From: Mobula hypostoma
Taxonomy: Eukaryota
Reading direction: 5' to 3'
NCBI RefSeq assembly: GCF_963921235.1
Contig: NC_086099.1
Span: forward strand, 75,020,001-75,084,000
DNA: 64,000 nt
Shown here: in pieces, positions 1 through 12,251 of the stretch
Numbering within the stretch: the stretch's first letter is position 1
How the letters are laid out: each line of letters opens with the position of its first letter
Position numbers and translations under genes: made by a program
Notes under the pieces: generated by a model
Told to the model about the DNA's origin: nothing
Databases searched by the model: none
The model's input: only the letters and a program-made list of their open reading frames with translations

Positions 1-69
1 CATTCAGCAATAGAATGTTCAAGTTTTAAACCCACACCAAGTTTGTTTTTATTAAGAACAAACAGAACA

Positions 70-82
70 TGATGTCAGAAGT
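70..82 (+). other. Primer-binding site of Gypsy A (tRNA-Leu-like, degenerate TGGTGTCAGAAGT)
   Basis: TGATGTCAGAAGT immediately follows the LTR's terminal CA. Confidence 0.6.
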
Positions 83-2120
83 CAGTGTGAGGTCTAAACA
101 AGGAGAATAAATGAATATCATGTGCGACTGAGAAAGAGATGCTAGGTTCTGATGGAGAGAAGCTGCTGGCCAGAGAGCACATTGTGTCCTGGAATTCACC
201 AAGAAATTCATGTGAGAGGATGAAAATACCCATTGTGGATAAGCTAAGCCCTCCTACACCTAAACAGTATACTGGTGATCTAACAGATAACTGCAAACGC
301 TTCAAACAGCAATTCAATATATATTTAGCAGCTAGCTGAGTGGGAGGGACTGATGAAAGATTGAAAGCATCTGTTTTTTCTGCACATAATTAGCAAAGAT
401 GCTTTGGACATCTAAAACAGCTTTTAAATTGATGAGACAGCTTTTACATTGGGCACTCTGATGACAAAATTTGACGAGCATTTTGTTCCAAGTAAAAGCA
501 TCACGTTTGATAGATATAAGTTTTTTTTTTCCCTGTGACCAGAAACAAGGTAATAGTTTTAGTCTTAGTCAAGCTTCACACGCTGACTAAGTCCTGTGAA
601 TTTGGAGATTTGAAAGACTTACTAGTTAGAGAAAGAACAGTTTGTGGAAACCCAAATAATGGGCTGAGAGAAAGATTACTGTGTGAAAACGATTTGATGC
701 TGGGAAAGGCTGTGGATATGTGTTGGGCAGCAGAGACCACATGAGCACAAGCTAAGGAGCTGCATGGGGCAGACACAACAGTATATGCTGTGAAAACAGA
801 GCAGCTGAGCACAAGGCATTTCCCAAAGCAATAGCAAAGCAGGGGAAGGCTCAAACAGCAAATGCAGCAAATGTAGAGGTAGGCACATTCCAAAGACGAG
901 ACCCGCTTATGTAAAACCCTGCAATAATCGTGGAAAGGGGATTCATTTTGTAAAATTCTGCAAAGTGAAAGGTGCACATGGTTGATGAAGAAACGAAGGA
1001 GGTTTTTGTGGATTCTCTACAGACTGCTGATGATGGTAAAACAGAATGGATCATTCCAGTGACTGTGAATGAGACAGTAATTCTATTCAAGCTTGACGCC
1101 AGAGCCCAGATGAATCCATTGTCCATGGATGATTACAGGACTCTCAAAGTAAAGAGCAAGGTTTACCCAGTTAAGTTAAAAGTGACAGGCCATACTGGAG
1201 AGAACATTCCAGTAAAAGGGGCTGAATGGTGATCTTTAAGTACAAGGAACAATACCTAAGGCACAGCAACTGATTGTGGAAAAGTGAGTACAGCATTAGG
1301 TCTGAGTGCATGTGAAAAGCTCAACCCAGTGAAAAGAGTTTTCATGGAGACTTCACAGGTCAAAGATAAACATACTTAACTCATGGAAGAGTACGCAGAT
1401 TTCTTTGAAATCCTTAGCTACCTGGCTAAGTTTATCTCTCAACTGTCAACTGTGTCAGAACCACTTAGGACATTCCTTGAGCAGCACAGTGGGTGGATTT
1501 GGTCTCACGAGCAAGAAGAGGATTTCCAGATGCTCCAAACAGTCCTAACTGAAGAGCCTATGTTGAAGTTTTACAATCCGGAAATATGTACCAGGATCTT
1601 GGCTGATGCATCCCAAACAGAAGCAATATCATGGCAAGACTGCGAAAAGCCTACCAGTCCTGAAGCCTGGAGATCAAGTGCAAATCCAGGATCACAATTC
1701 AGGCACATGGTCCATGCAAGGATATGTGCAAGAGGAAGTTGCTGCACATTCTTCCCGGATCCGGCAGAGCAAGAAACACCTCTGAGAATGAACAATGTAG
1801 ATCCATGACCACAAGCTCCAACCCATAGCTGTGACATGTCACTTGTCAGTACACCAAAGGGGCCGGCTGATATAAAAACTGAACTTGTCGATCAGAATTC
1901 TCAGAAAGACTCAAATATTAAAACACCAAATACAAGCAATACACCTGTGGAAACAAATAACAGAACTGAAAGGATTATTAAACCACCTCAGACACTGATT
2001 GAAAGTTATTCAGTTAAAAGGCAACCAGCTACAAAATGTAGATTATTGTTCCTTGCAGGTTTATGAGGAAATCATATTGTGTTTGTTTTTCTTTAAAGGG
2101 GAAGATGCGTTATATGTATA

Positions 2121-2747
2121 TGTAACACCCACTTTGCCTAGTGGCATGATCTCAGGGTGATAACCCCCTGCGCAGCCAAACCTTAGAGCTCTTGTTTGGG
2201 TGAATGCTGTGTGATTTGTCCCGTTCAAATCAGTACCCCATAATGACAAGCCGTACACAGGATGCAGTTAAATAATTAAGATTTTATAATTCTTAGTTGA
2301 ACTATGGGGTTAGTAGAGAACCGAAATATAAAATAAAAAATGGCACCACTATATCTTTATTCAGTCTGTGCACAATTAATTTGTTGGAGCTCACACAATA
2401 TCCACTTTCCACCATTCAATCTCCTCCGAACTCTGCCGGGTCCCGAGCCCCCGCTCACCAGGTCACAGCATCTCTTTGGGTGTGTCTTCTCTCTTCTTTC
2501 CCATGGTGCGTTCTGCCCAAATTCCACACAAACAAGAGCTTACAGACACACAAGAAAGAATAACATCTATCTCAATTGGTTAGCAAATGAATATGTCCGG
2601 TTATCAGTAATTATAACCCAAGCATGCTGCTACAGAGAACCCCTTACCTCAGCAGTTAATATTACAAAGAAGCCATTTTATTATAACACTACAGAGAAGC
2701 CATTTTATTAGCCTTAGCAAATAACATGAAAGAAGAAACTCCTTACA
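2121..2747 (-). repeat. 3' LTR of element B
   Basis: TG...CA termini, adjacent PPT, roughly 90% identical by eye to 4772-5403, AATAAA on the minus strand near 2356-2361. Confidence 0.92.
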
Positions 2748-3249
2748 CTCTCCCTCCACCAAATTTAGTCATGTCCTCATGATGTCCATATAATTTGCCA
2801 ACCCTTCCTGCAAACTCACCAACCCAATCCAGGTACAAAAACAGTCACATCACTCCCCAAACAGTAGACCTTATGCCCTGTTCCACAGGAGCTACATAGA
2901 CCAACCTATCTGGGAATCTCCTAATCCTCCAAGATCTCCGTCCCCACTCATCTAACCCATCAGGCTCGAACACGATGAGGAATACTTCGGGTATGCTTAC
3001 CAAATCCTCTCACAATCGATCACTCAAGCTGCCTGCAACTCGGAGCCCCCTATCTCATGTCCAGGCCCCCACTTCCTTTCCTTTAGAGTCCTGCTGTAAT
3101 CCAGGCTGCCCACAGATAATCCTCCCCACTACACCTGACTCAGTGGGAGAAGGGCCAAAAGTCTCTTCCTTAATCACGGGGAAGTTAGCGAAAGGCAGCA
3201 GGTACCACACATACAGCTCATCATCCTTCGAATCCTTATTCTTCCCCAT

Positions 3250-3650
3250 TTCCTCAAGCGGTAGCTGCTGTTTGGTTTTCTTCAAACTGGAGCACTTGGC
3301 CTGGGCTGCCTCTGCAGCCTCTTCAGCCTCCTGTAATCAAGGCATCAGCTTCTTCTTGGACTCCTCCAGTTTAGTGGTCCCAGAACTTATCTCCAGCTCT
3401 TTCTTCTTAATGACTTCTTCCAGTTTTCTCATTTCATTTAGGCTGTCGATGTTCATCTTCAAGTCTCCTTCAAGCTTCCACTCCCCTCTTCTGAAATCTG
3501 TCCGCCATTGCTTCACTCCCTCTGAATTGTATTCAGATTCCCCTCTCGGTGCTCTCAGTTCTCTGTTGGCTCTAGTCAGACAGCTTCCTTTGTCTTCCCC
3601 AACGTGCAAATCTTCCAACTTGTTTTGGATCAATTTCTCCAGTTTCTGCT
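3250..3650 (-). pseudogene. Captured sarcomeric myosin heavy chain rod fragments (MYH16-like), two non-contiguous blocks fused in frame
   Basis: Translation LEDLHVGEDKGSCLTRAN...KLEGDLKMNIDSLNEMRKLEEVIKKKELEISS, then [35 protein letters not shown]. These match the class II myosin rod motifs LDDLQAEEDKVNTLTKA...KLEGDLK and [33 protein letters not shown] (recalled from memory). Confidence 0.88.
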
Positions 3651-3828
3651 CGGAATTGTGTTTCTCTGATTCCACTTCAAACTTGATCCAATAGAGACAG
3701 TCACGCAGCTCCTCCACCACCATCGTCTTCTTCAACACTAGGAAATTCAACTGATGCGTTGGGTAATTTCTCCAATAATAACCACAGAATTCCACAAATG
3801 AACGCAGAACAGTCACCAGCTACAACCT

Positions 3829-4300
3829 TCACCAGACCTGGCACAGGTCCAGAGAAAGTTTTACTTCTTTAACCCCTAGTTGCCTGTGATCCCACACTCG
3901 CCTCACTTCATAGCCTTCCAAGGCAAATCCAAATACTAGGAGATCATCCAAATACACCAGAACTCCAAATAATTCCACATCCCCCACCGTCTTCCCCATG
4001 CCCTGCAGGAAAGTTGCAAAGGCTCCGGATATGCCCTGGGGCATCTTTTCGGATTGAGAAAATCCCAGCGGACCCATAACGGCTTTCTTCTCCTTGTCAG
4101 CCTCACTCATCGGGATCTGGCAACATCCACTCCTCAGATCCAGCACAGTAAACCACTCGCACCCCTCAGACAGACCAGCGCGTCTTCGACCCTCGGGACC
4201 ACGTACTGGTCAGGGACGGTGCGCCTGTTCAGAGTCCCATAATCCACACACATGCTGCCTGCATCCTCCACATCTGCAGGGGCCAATCTCCGCGACCTCT
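3829..4300 (-). pseudogene. Gypsy reverse transcriptase remnant (element B)
   Basis: LDLRSG, MPQG and YLDD motifs; frameshifted upstream. Confidence 0.9.
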
Positions 4301-4771
4301 CTCTTACCGAGGTGTCTCAGTGGTCAACTCCCCACTCTAGTGGTACGTCAGAGCATCCACTAAGAGAGTCTCACCCTCAGATACTTCCCCCCCACCATAC
4401 CACCCTCAGCTTTCATTTAAATTCGGTACCGGCCCAATGCTGCTACACACGTCCTCACAAGCAGCTTGAAACACTGGGTGCACAGACAATGCCCCCAAAC
4501 AGCTCTCACCCGACTCCTTCTGGCAGGCCCCCATTCACCTCTTCACCAGCGGGGTGTTGGTCTCCTCCAGAATCGAAACACTGCCCATCTCAACAGTGTC
4601 TGGACACATCAGCACTAACGATTCATGACCCTCGGACACCTACACATGGGCCTCCGAGAACTCCATTTTCACTGACCAATAACCGTCGTCCCACAGAGAC
4701 ACACCAGCACTGATTTAAACAGGGCAATCACACAGCCTTCCACAGAACCAAATCCCAGACAAGTCCCTAAA

Positions 4772-5403
4772 TGTAACACTCACTTTGCCTAGTGGCATGA
4801 TCTCGGGGTGATAACTCCTGGCCCGGCCAAACCTTAGAACTCTCGTTTGGGTGGATGCTGTGCAATGTGTCCCCTGTTTCAAATCAGTACCCCGTAATGA
4901 CAAGTCGTACACAGGATGCAGTTAAATAATTAAGATTTTATAATTCTTACTTGAACTATGGGATTAGTAGAGAAACAAAATATAAAATTAAAAAAGGTGA
5001 CACTATATCCTTATTCAGTCTGTGCACAATTAATTTGTTGGAGCTCACGCAATATACACTTTCCACCATTCAATCTCCTCCAAACTCTGCCGGGTCCCAA
5101 GCCCCCGCTCACCGGGTCACAACATCTCTTCGGGTGCGTCTTCTCTCTTCTTCCTCATGGCGTGTTCTGCCCAAATCCCGCGCAAGCAACAACTTACAGA
5201 CACACAAGAAAGAATAACATCTATCCCAATTGGCTAGCAATTGTATACAAGTCCCGTTATCAGTACTTATAACCCAAGCATGCTGCTACAGAGAACCCCT
5301 TACCTCAGCAGTTAATATTACAAAGAAGCCATTTTATTATAACACTACAGAGAAGCCATTTTATTAGCCTTAGCATGTAACATGAGAGAAGAAACCACTT
5401 ATA
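4772..5403 (-). repeat. 5' LTR of element B
   Basis: Direct-repeat partner of 2121-2747. Confidence 0.92.
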
Positions 5404-5724
5404 ATATATATAATAAAGTACTTCAGTTCCCAGTGGGCAATACAGGCGGTTCACTTGGAACTGGAAGCCCTGATGGTGAGCTGGTCACACATGCTCAGTG
5501 TTGAGGAATAAAATGTTCCAACATTAAATGAACACAAAGTTTGTCTTTATTTAGAATAAACATAACACTCCCTGCAATCCAAATCCAAGCAGAAACGAAA
5601 CAATGTAGCCATTAGATAAGAGGAAAGGCTGACACTCCTCCAGACCCACCCTTTAGATCTTACTACCTGCACCTCTTGTAACAATATCCTATCTCTGAGC
5701 AATGATTAAATATAAGGTTATCAG

Positions 5725-6906
5725 CAATGTTCCCTCTAATTTTTAGTAGTCAGTGTGCACAAAAATCTTATGTTGTGCAATTTTTTTTCTGTGACAAAAG
5801 TATGTGTGCACTGAATGCACACATGCACAGTTTATGTAGGTTTACAAAATATTTGACATAAGTACAATCTTTAGATCTGAATTTGAAGTACAGAATGAGA
5901 CATTTGTTGACAGATATGTCTGTGGTTTCATCAACTGTTAATGTGTGAAAATCTGCTGATGCTATTTCTTCAAACATGTCTTTCTGAACAATATAGTTGA
6001 TAGTCTCCAGAAATTCGAACGCATAATTTTTGCTTCGCTGGCTGTCTAAGAGTTGAACATACTTTTCCATATGTTCATTAATGTATTGAACTGAATGTAA
6101 AGAGTTATTCATTTTAACAGCTAACAACACACTGTCGATAAGAACTTTGATCTCCTCTGGGTTTGATCGTTTTCTCTCTTGCTCATCTGCACTCAACCGT
6201 AACATGTGTAGCACTCCTGTAACAGGTAATGACAGGTTCTGTTGCCTGAGCTTTTGTACACCATCCAAATAAGATTTACTTGCCAAATGACGCTTCAAAA
6301 AGTCAAGTTTCCAAATGTCATCTCACTTCTTTCCACCAGCAAATTCTACAGCAACTTTCACATCACAACAATGCAAACAGATAACTCCAGTTTCGGAATC
6401 ATACATAAATATTTCTCGTAGCTGAACGTTCATGACCTCGTGAGCTTTTGGTGTAGCAGTTTCTACTATTTTGTTAAGCCATTCAACATAAAACAAATTT
6501 GCAGTTCTTTTGCACTTCAAGCCCTTCGCTTCTTTTGAATTTACATAGTGAATCAATATTTTTCAATAAAAACTTAGTAAGCTATCTACAGGATTTGAAA
6601 CAAATCTTTGTAAACATTACGATATGAACACTGTCCGCCAAAGATGGCTGCTGCCGTGATGCAGCTGTACAAACCGGAACAGGAAAGGTGAAGTGACGTA
6701 AATTAGTGACGTGCATTGTGGTATTTGAAAAAATGACTAACTAATTAACAGAAACATTTAGCTAAAGATTATTTTCAATAAGTATAATTATTAATTACTA
6801 CATTATTTTAGGTAACTAACCTTTTGTGCGCACATTCATTTCCTTTGTGCGCTGGTTGAAAAACGTGTGTGCGTGTGCACACACGCACAGCTTAGAAGGA
6901 ACATAG
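5725..6906 (-). mobile_element. Internally deleted hAT DNA transposon (ZNF862/ZMYM-type transposase N-terminus)
   Basis: TIRs CAATGTTCCCTCTAA (5725-5739) and TTAGAAGGAACATAG (6892-6906). 8-bp TSD GTTATCAG/GTCATCAG. ORFs 6323-6556 and 5768-6298 contain a CxxC...KRHLAS zinc-finger-like motif and TVDETTDIS. Confidence 0.88.
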
Positions 6907-7890
6907 GTCATCAGTCGAATGGATATGACTTCCTGCAGAGCATATTGTTTATGTCAATTTCCCCCTTCCCTATTGTGTCTGAAGCTTAGATTTCAGCTCA
7001 TCATCTTTGAACTGAAGTTCCTCAAATAGCCACACTTACAATGGATATGGTCACTCTGAGCCATAATGAGGTCCAGTCCAGTAGTTTCCCACATGTTGCT
7101 CCCCACCATGGGAAACAGATTCTGACCATCTTCCTTTCTTGATTATATACCTCTTATAACTTTATGTACCTCTAACATATATATTTTTATTAGAATAGCA
7201 TTGAATTTAAATAAGGAAATTACTTAGCCACCTAATTTAGTTGCTCTGTAAAACATGATGCATTAGTATCTGAATGCAATTCTCTCAGATTATTCAGGAT
7301 CCTGTCTTCACCATGCAGAGACGCTAAGTTCACCTTAAAAAATAACAGGTAATTCACGATGTCATTACTAGCCATTTGTCACCAGTGATTGGGGAAAGTA
7401 ATTACCACAATGCAATATTATAAAGGAGAAAGTTTTAATTATAAAGGTACCATTACCAAATATACTCTGAAGACTATTCTGAAAGACATTTTATCAGTGG
7501 TTCTAAAATAGGCTTCTCTAGGTCTATATCTTCATGTGTGAAATATGGTGCTCAACCTGACTAAATATTTTGTTCATACTTTCATTGCTCTAAACTAATG
7601 CATATTTTGAGTGCAAACTTGCTCAACAATTAATGTTTTCCTTTTAATTTACTTCATGCATTATCCTCATGCTTTTGGGGTGTCATTTTGCATAATCTTG
7701 AGGATATGGTAGAATGAAATCTTTGCTGACTGAGCAAGATGAAAGCACTCTCCTACCTAAACACAAGGGCAGAAGTCAATATGAATTAAAATAACAATCA
7801 GTTGTTGGGTACATTTATGCACAAAATATGTATTGCCTTTGAACAGAGAAATAATGGTGGATTAGTATTGCATTGCAAGAAAATCATACT

Positions 7891-7972
7891 GAATCAGCCA
7901 TGATCATATTGAATGGCGGTGCAGGCTCGAAGGGCCGAATGGCCTACTCCTGCACCTATTTTCTATGTTTCT
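7891..7972 (+). mobile_element. CR1 LINE 3' end fragment
   Basis: ATCAGCCATGAT...GAATGGCCTACTCCTGCACCTA followed by a TTCTATGT tail. Confidence 0.85.
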
Positions 7973-8696
7973 AAATTGTAGGGCTATGTCAAATATCTCA
8001 TAAGCATCCATGTGAGGTTTTATTAATTAAGTTGTAAATTACTCTAGACACCAAATCTTGCAATGGCTAAAACAACCCATTTTCTTCCCCTGAGGTATCG
8101 GGGCAGTCCTATGTGCCCCCCTGGGGTGTCTTAAACTATAGACGCAAGCCAACAGTGTTCTGAACCAGACTGCATCCCATATCTGCTCCCACAGCAGCCC
8201 AAGCATCGTCAAGTTCATCACACCAGTGGGGCAAAAACATAGAGTGGCCAGATCAGTTCACAGCCTTGGCACTGCAGCAAAATGAACATTGATGGGAGAG
8301 CGAGCAAATTCAGCCCAACCCTCACTACCGTTCTCGACACTTGAGCTTCCAGACTATCTGTGCCAGCATTTAAATTGTTCAAGCACCAGCTAGTGCCTCG
8401 CTCTAGGAGCTGGACCCCAGTGCCATGATATGTTTGGGCCACCCGGCCCAAAGGCATTCTTGATCTCACCAGATCAGTTCAGCACTTGGAGCAATCCTAC
8501 CTTGCACCCAGGTTAGGTGAACAAGCATCAAAGCTCTTCCGCATTGACTCCACTCCAAATCTCTCACTCCTTCTCCAGCCGTGATACCAACTCCTCTTGT
8601 CACAAAAAAGGCACAATCTTTTAAATTTCTGAGTTCATATTGGATTTTATGATCTTCAGTATAACTTCCATATCTCACACTTGGCCAATCCCTGTT

Positions 8697-9067
8697 TGAC
8701 CCGCTGCCATCCAGCAAAAGGTGCAGGACACTAAAAGCCAGAACAAATAGACTGAGGAACAGCTTCTATCCCAGAGCTGTGGCCTCCATCACACCACTCC
8801 CACAGAACAATGACTGAAACTGTGAGCACACACATGCACACACAAGGACTCTAATACTTGCACTAACGGCACTTTGTGCATTACTGTGATATTCTGGTGC
8901 TGTTGCAACTTATTTTCTATTACTTATCTATTTAATACTGTTTTTCTATTACAGTCTTGTTTTTATCTACTGCTTTATTTAATTGCCTGAGAGGAAGCCA
9001 AACAGAATTTCATTGTACCAATGTATAATGACAATAAAGACCATTCAATTCAATTAAATTCAATTCA
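8697..9067 (+). mobile_element. Rex1/Babar-type LINE 3' fragment
   Basis: LPSSKRCRTLKARTNRLRNSFYPRAV C-terminus, 3' UTR, AATAAA and (ATTCA)n tail. Confidence 0.75.
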
Positions 9068-9904
9068 TTATATCAAGAATGGTATCACAAGTATCTGAAT
9101 GTCTTTTGATACTCTGATGACTTTGGTATTTGTATAAATGGAGTACGCATTCATTATGGACTTGTATTTGTTACATATTCTGGCTCTGACCTTGTAAGGA
9201 CAATTTGATAGAATCTGAAATAATGTGCTAAATCACATTTTTAAATTTATTGGCATCTGTAGTTATTATCCTGTGAAACTTTGACGCCAGTGCCAATTTC
9301 TGTGAGGCTCACTTTGAAGATGGCCAGTATTTCTTTATTGAATAGATGGCTTGTGTTTCTCACATGTGGTAACTCTGTATTCTCATTAGATTAGAATTTC
9401 ATTAGAACCTCAAATTGGCATCTTGGAAGTTACATCTGCTGCTGTTTAGAAATAACTGTATTTTTAAATATCAGCTGATTCTACTTATCACTGGAGAGAC
9501 TGGCTAGCTTGCATGAAGAAAATAAAAATTTAACATTTGTTTGCAGGCCAAGAATTGTAACTGCATAAAGGACACATCATGATGGAAAGTAAACAAGTGC
9601 ATTCTGCATCATACCAAGGGGAGGTTAAAGGTTAATTGGAAACCACAAAACGATGAAGTGGAGGATTGAACCTTTATTTTTAATTTTTAATGAAACATGA
9701 TGTACTTTCTGGCAGTTTAACACAAAGTATATAAAAGTGTTAGTTTGAATTACTTTTGGATACACATTGAGAAAGCAAGTGACTCATCTGAAAGCAGCAA
9801 TTCTAATAAATAATCCTCAGAAACACTCTTCTGAATGGCTTTATGACCACACTTGCGCTAAGGATTCGAAGAATGACTTTAGGTAATTGCCCTTTAAAAT
9901 TATC

Positions 9905-10110
9905 AGAATGGAGAATGGGAAAAAAAGAGAAGGAGGAAGGGAGAAGAAATTACCAAAAGTTGGAGAAATTAGTGTTCATGCTGTCAGGATGGAGACTACC
10001 CAGATGTGATATCAGGTATTGCTCCTGCAACCTGAGTTTGGCTTCATCATGGTAGTAGAGGAAGCCATTGACAGACTTGCCAGAATGGAAAATCCAATTG
10101 ACAGGAAAAG
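9905..10110 (-). mobile_element. Penelope-like GIY-YIG 3' fragment
   Basis: Similar to 56500-56660 (CCATCAGGTTGGAGGCTACCCAGA region). Confidence 0.7.
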
Positions 10111-12251
10111 TCTGTGCATGTTCTCCTCTACTGGCATGAATCTGAAGAATTTCTTATGTTTAAAATAAAATAAATATTATATTAAATCAGACTTTCATCG
10201 AATTTTAAAGAATTTACAGCAGAAAGGCAGGTCCGTTTGCCCATTTCAGCTTTTTCTCTGTTGTTGCTCCTCATAATCTATCCCTGATATTCTCTTTTAA
10301 TCTACAAGCGCATTCTTCTCTTCAATCCTCCTTCTATGCTTATTCAGTTTGCCCTGCATTGTTCACGCACTCCACAATATGTGAGATCTGAATTCGGCTA
10401 AATGCACATATAAAGAATCTGAAGTGAAAAAAAAAGGAATTTCAGATTAACTTACCTGGGTGTAATAATGTACTATTACAGAAGTTGTGGAAATGACAAT
10501 ATGAATATCTATAGTTGTTCATTCTTTTCAACAACAATAATTGAATGAAGAAAAGCCTGAGACATTCCAATAAATATTTGTGCTGCATTTCTTCTATAGG
10601 TCTGCAATCCAAAGACTCCTTGCTATTGCAGTATCTATTGTATATATTTTAGTGTTTGGAGTTTTGGAATATGAGTCACTATAATTGACTGCCAGAATTT
10701 AAGGAAGAAACCAGCTAAATTCATGAAGGGGAAAGGAAGAAAAGGACAGAAGGTTATTCTTATGAGATATAATTAAGTAATAAGGAAGAAGACTCAGGTG
10801 GAGCATGAATTTCTAAAAGGCCTATCTCCATGCTGGTGATTCTATTTAAATCATAGAGTTATACAGGATGGAAACAAACCTCTCCACCCACCTTGACCAT
10901 GTTAACCATCAAGCACCCAATTACACGAAGAACACACTAATTTTATTTATTTCTCCATATACCTATCAGTTGCCTCAAATTATGCCAGTCACCTGTATAC
11001 TGAATCCAGTTAATGCAACAACACAGTGTAAAAGGAAGCCAGAATACCATCAGGTTATAGGGAACATTTACAAACTCCAGACACATAGCACTAGAAGTCA
11101 GAATTGCATTCAAGTCGCTGAAGCTATAAGGGAGCAGCTCCAGAAACCCCACAACTGTGCCGCTATGAAGCTCTACATAACAAAAATATACTGACAGAAG
11201 CAGTAGAAAAGTGAGTTTTAATCATGGTATTCACAGGAAAGCAACTCCTGTGCCAGAAAGAAAAGAGGTTGTAGGGACACAGGAAGAAAGCTGGTGAGTG
11301 GAACTCATGAAATACTTTTGCATAGATTCAATGTACATTTGATAGGTTGAATGGCCTCCTGTCTCAGTGATTCTGTGATTCTGTCTGCATTCTGAAAAAG
11401 TACAAAAATGTGCAGAGTAGCAAGTGTTTTTTTATTCACTCGTGTTTTTGTGCCATTTGCTTGACTGTCTGGTTCAAGTTCATTGCAAGAACGAAGTCTA
11501 TCTTTCATCAGAGATACAGCAAGCAAGTCCAGCACCCAAGGAAGTACACTTATCTCTCATATTCCTAAATCTCTCAAAGTGCACAATAAGAGTCATGTTG
11601 TTTTTACCCTATAACTCCATCATCAGAATTAATGACATTTCATTTTTTGCATAAGAAAGCAAAAATATAATAAAAAAACAGTTTTTGCATCCAATCAGAG
11701 AGAGGTGTTTAATCCTGTACCTATTGCGTATATGGAAGTTCCATGAGGTGTAGTTCATGAATCTCAAACTTTGACAGTTACTTCCACAAAACAAAAAAAA
11801 ATTGTCATTAGGATGAACAGTCTAAGGGTAACCATAGTTGTGGTGTATATTTGACAATGGACGCATTTTTTAAAGTTTTTACATGTACGTTTATATTCAG
11901 ATCCTGCTTGGAAAGTAAGGACTGTCCATTGTCACAATGTAATAGTGTCAGAGACACGCAATCTGTGGAGACTGCAGTGAAAGATTAAAGCTATCTCACA
12001 GGCGTGATTCAGATGATGAGAATGGTGCTTCCCATTCTGCATCACTGAAAACAATGTTGGTTGATGCTGACCATTCCTCTGGCATCCTACATGTAAAAGG
12101 TATATTCTTTAAAAATTTTGCACCAAAACAGGATGCTACTTTCATTCAATGCCACTAGAAGTAGTTGAAAGCAGGAAGTCTGAGGAAAGAGATTGAAACC
12201 AAGTGAGATAGTTGGCAAGTACATAACTAAACTGGAGAACTTACATGAAAA

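Larger units (their letters stand above)
2121..5403 (-). mobile_element. Non-autonomous Gypsy LTR element 'B' with two ~630-bp LTRs, RT/RNase H remnants and a captured myosin fragment
   Basis: Direct repeats 2121-2747 and 4772-5403 (TGTAAC...TTACA/TTATA). Minus-strand PPT GGTGGAGGGAGAG at 2748-2760. RT motifs [34 protein letters not shown] (3829-4250). RNase H-like NYPTHQLNFLVLK. Confidence 0.92.
1..5567 (+). mobile_element. Degenerate Gypsy LTR retrotransposon 'A' (gag, protease, RNase H remnants; RT core largely deleted); its 3' LTR is split by element B
   Basis: 5' LTR ends ...AACAGAACA at 69, followed by PBS-like TGATGTCAGAAGT. Gag-like TGDLTDNCKRFKQQFNIYL (220-339), protease-like VILFKLDARAQMN (972-1232), connection/RNase H YLAKFISQLSTVSEPLR...ILADASQ (1383-1620). 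PPT TAAAGGGGAAGA at 2094-2105. Bases 5500-5567 align with 1-69, so the 3' LTR is 2106-2120 plus 5404-5567. Confidence 0.85.

Noticed and set aside
3250-3650. Exons of a resident myosin gene
   Set aside because: Lies between paired LTRs, is fused to pol, has an internal stop and no splice sites, and no other myosin exons occur in the window
2975-3694. 239-aa Ser/Phe/Leu-rich ORF on the plus strand
   Set aside because: Antisense shadow of the Glu/Lys-rich myosin and pol frame on the minus strand
8060-8696. GC-richer segment with three short minus-strand ORFs
   Set aside because: No recognisable motifs; probably decayed repeat, cannot be assigned
11901-12099. AG...GT-bounded candidate exon on the plus strand
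   Set aside because: Stops in all three frames; no recognisable product
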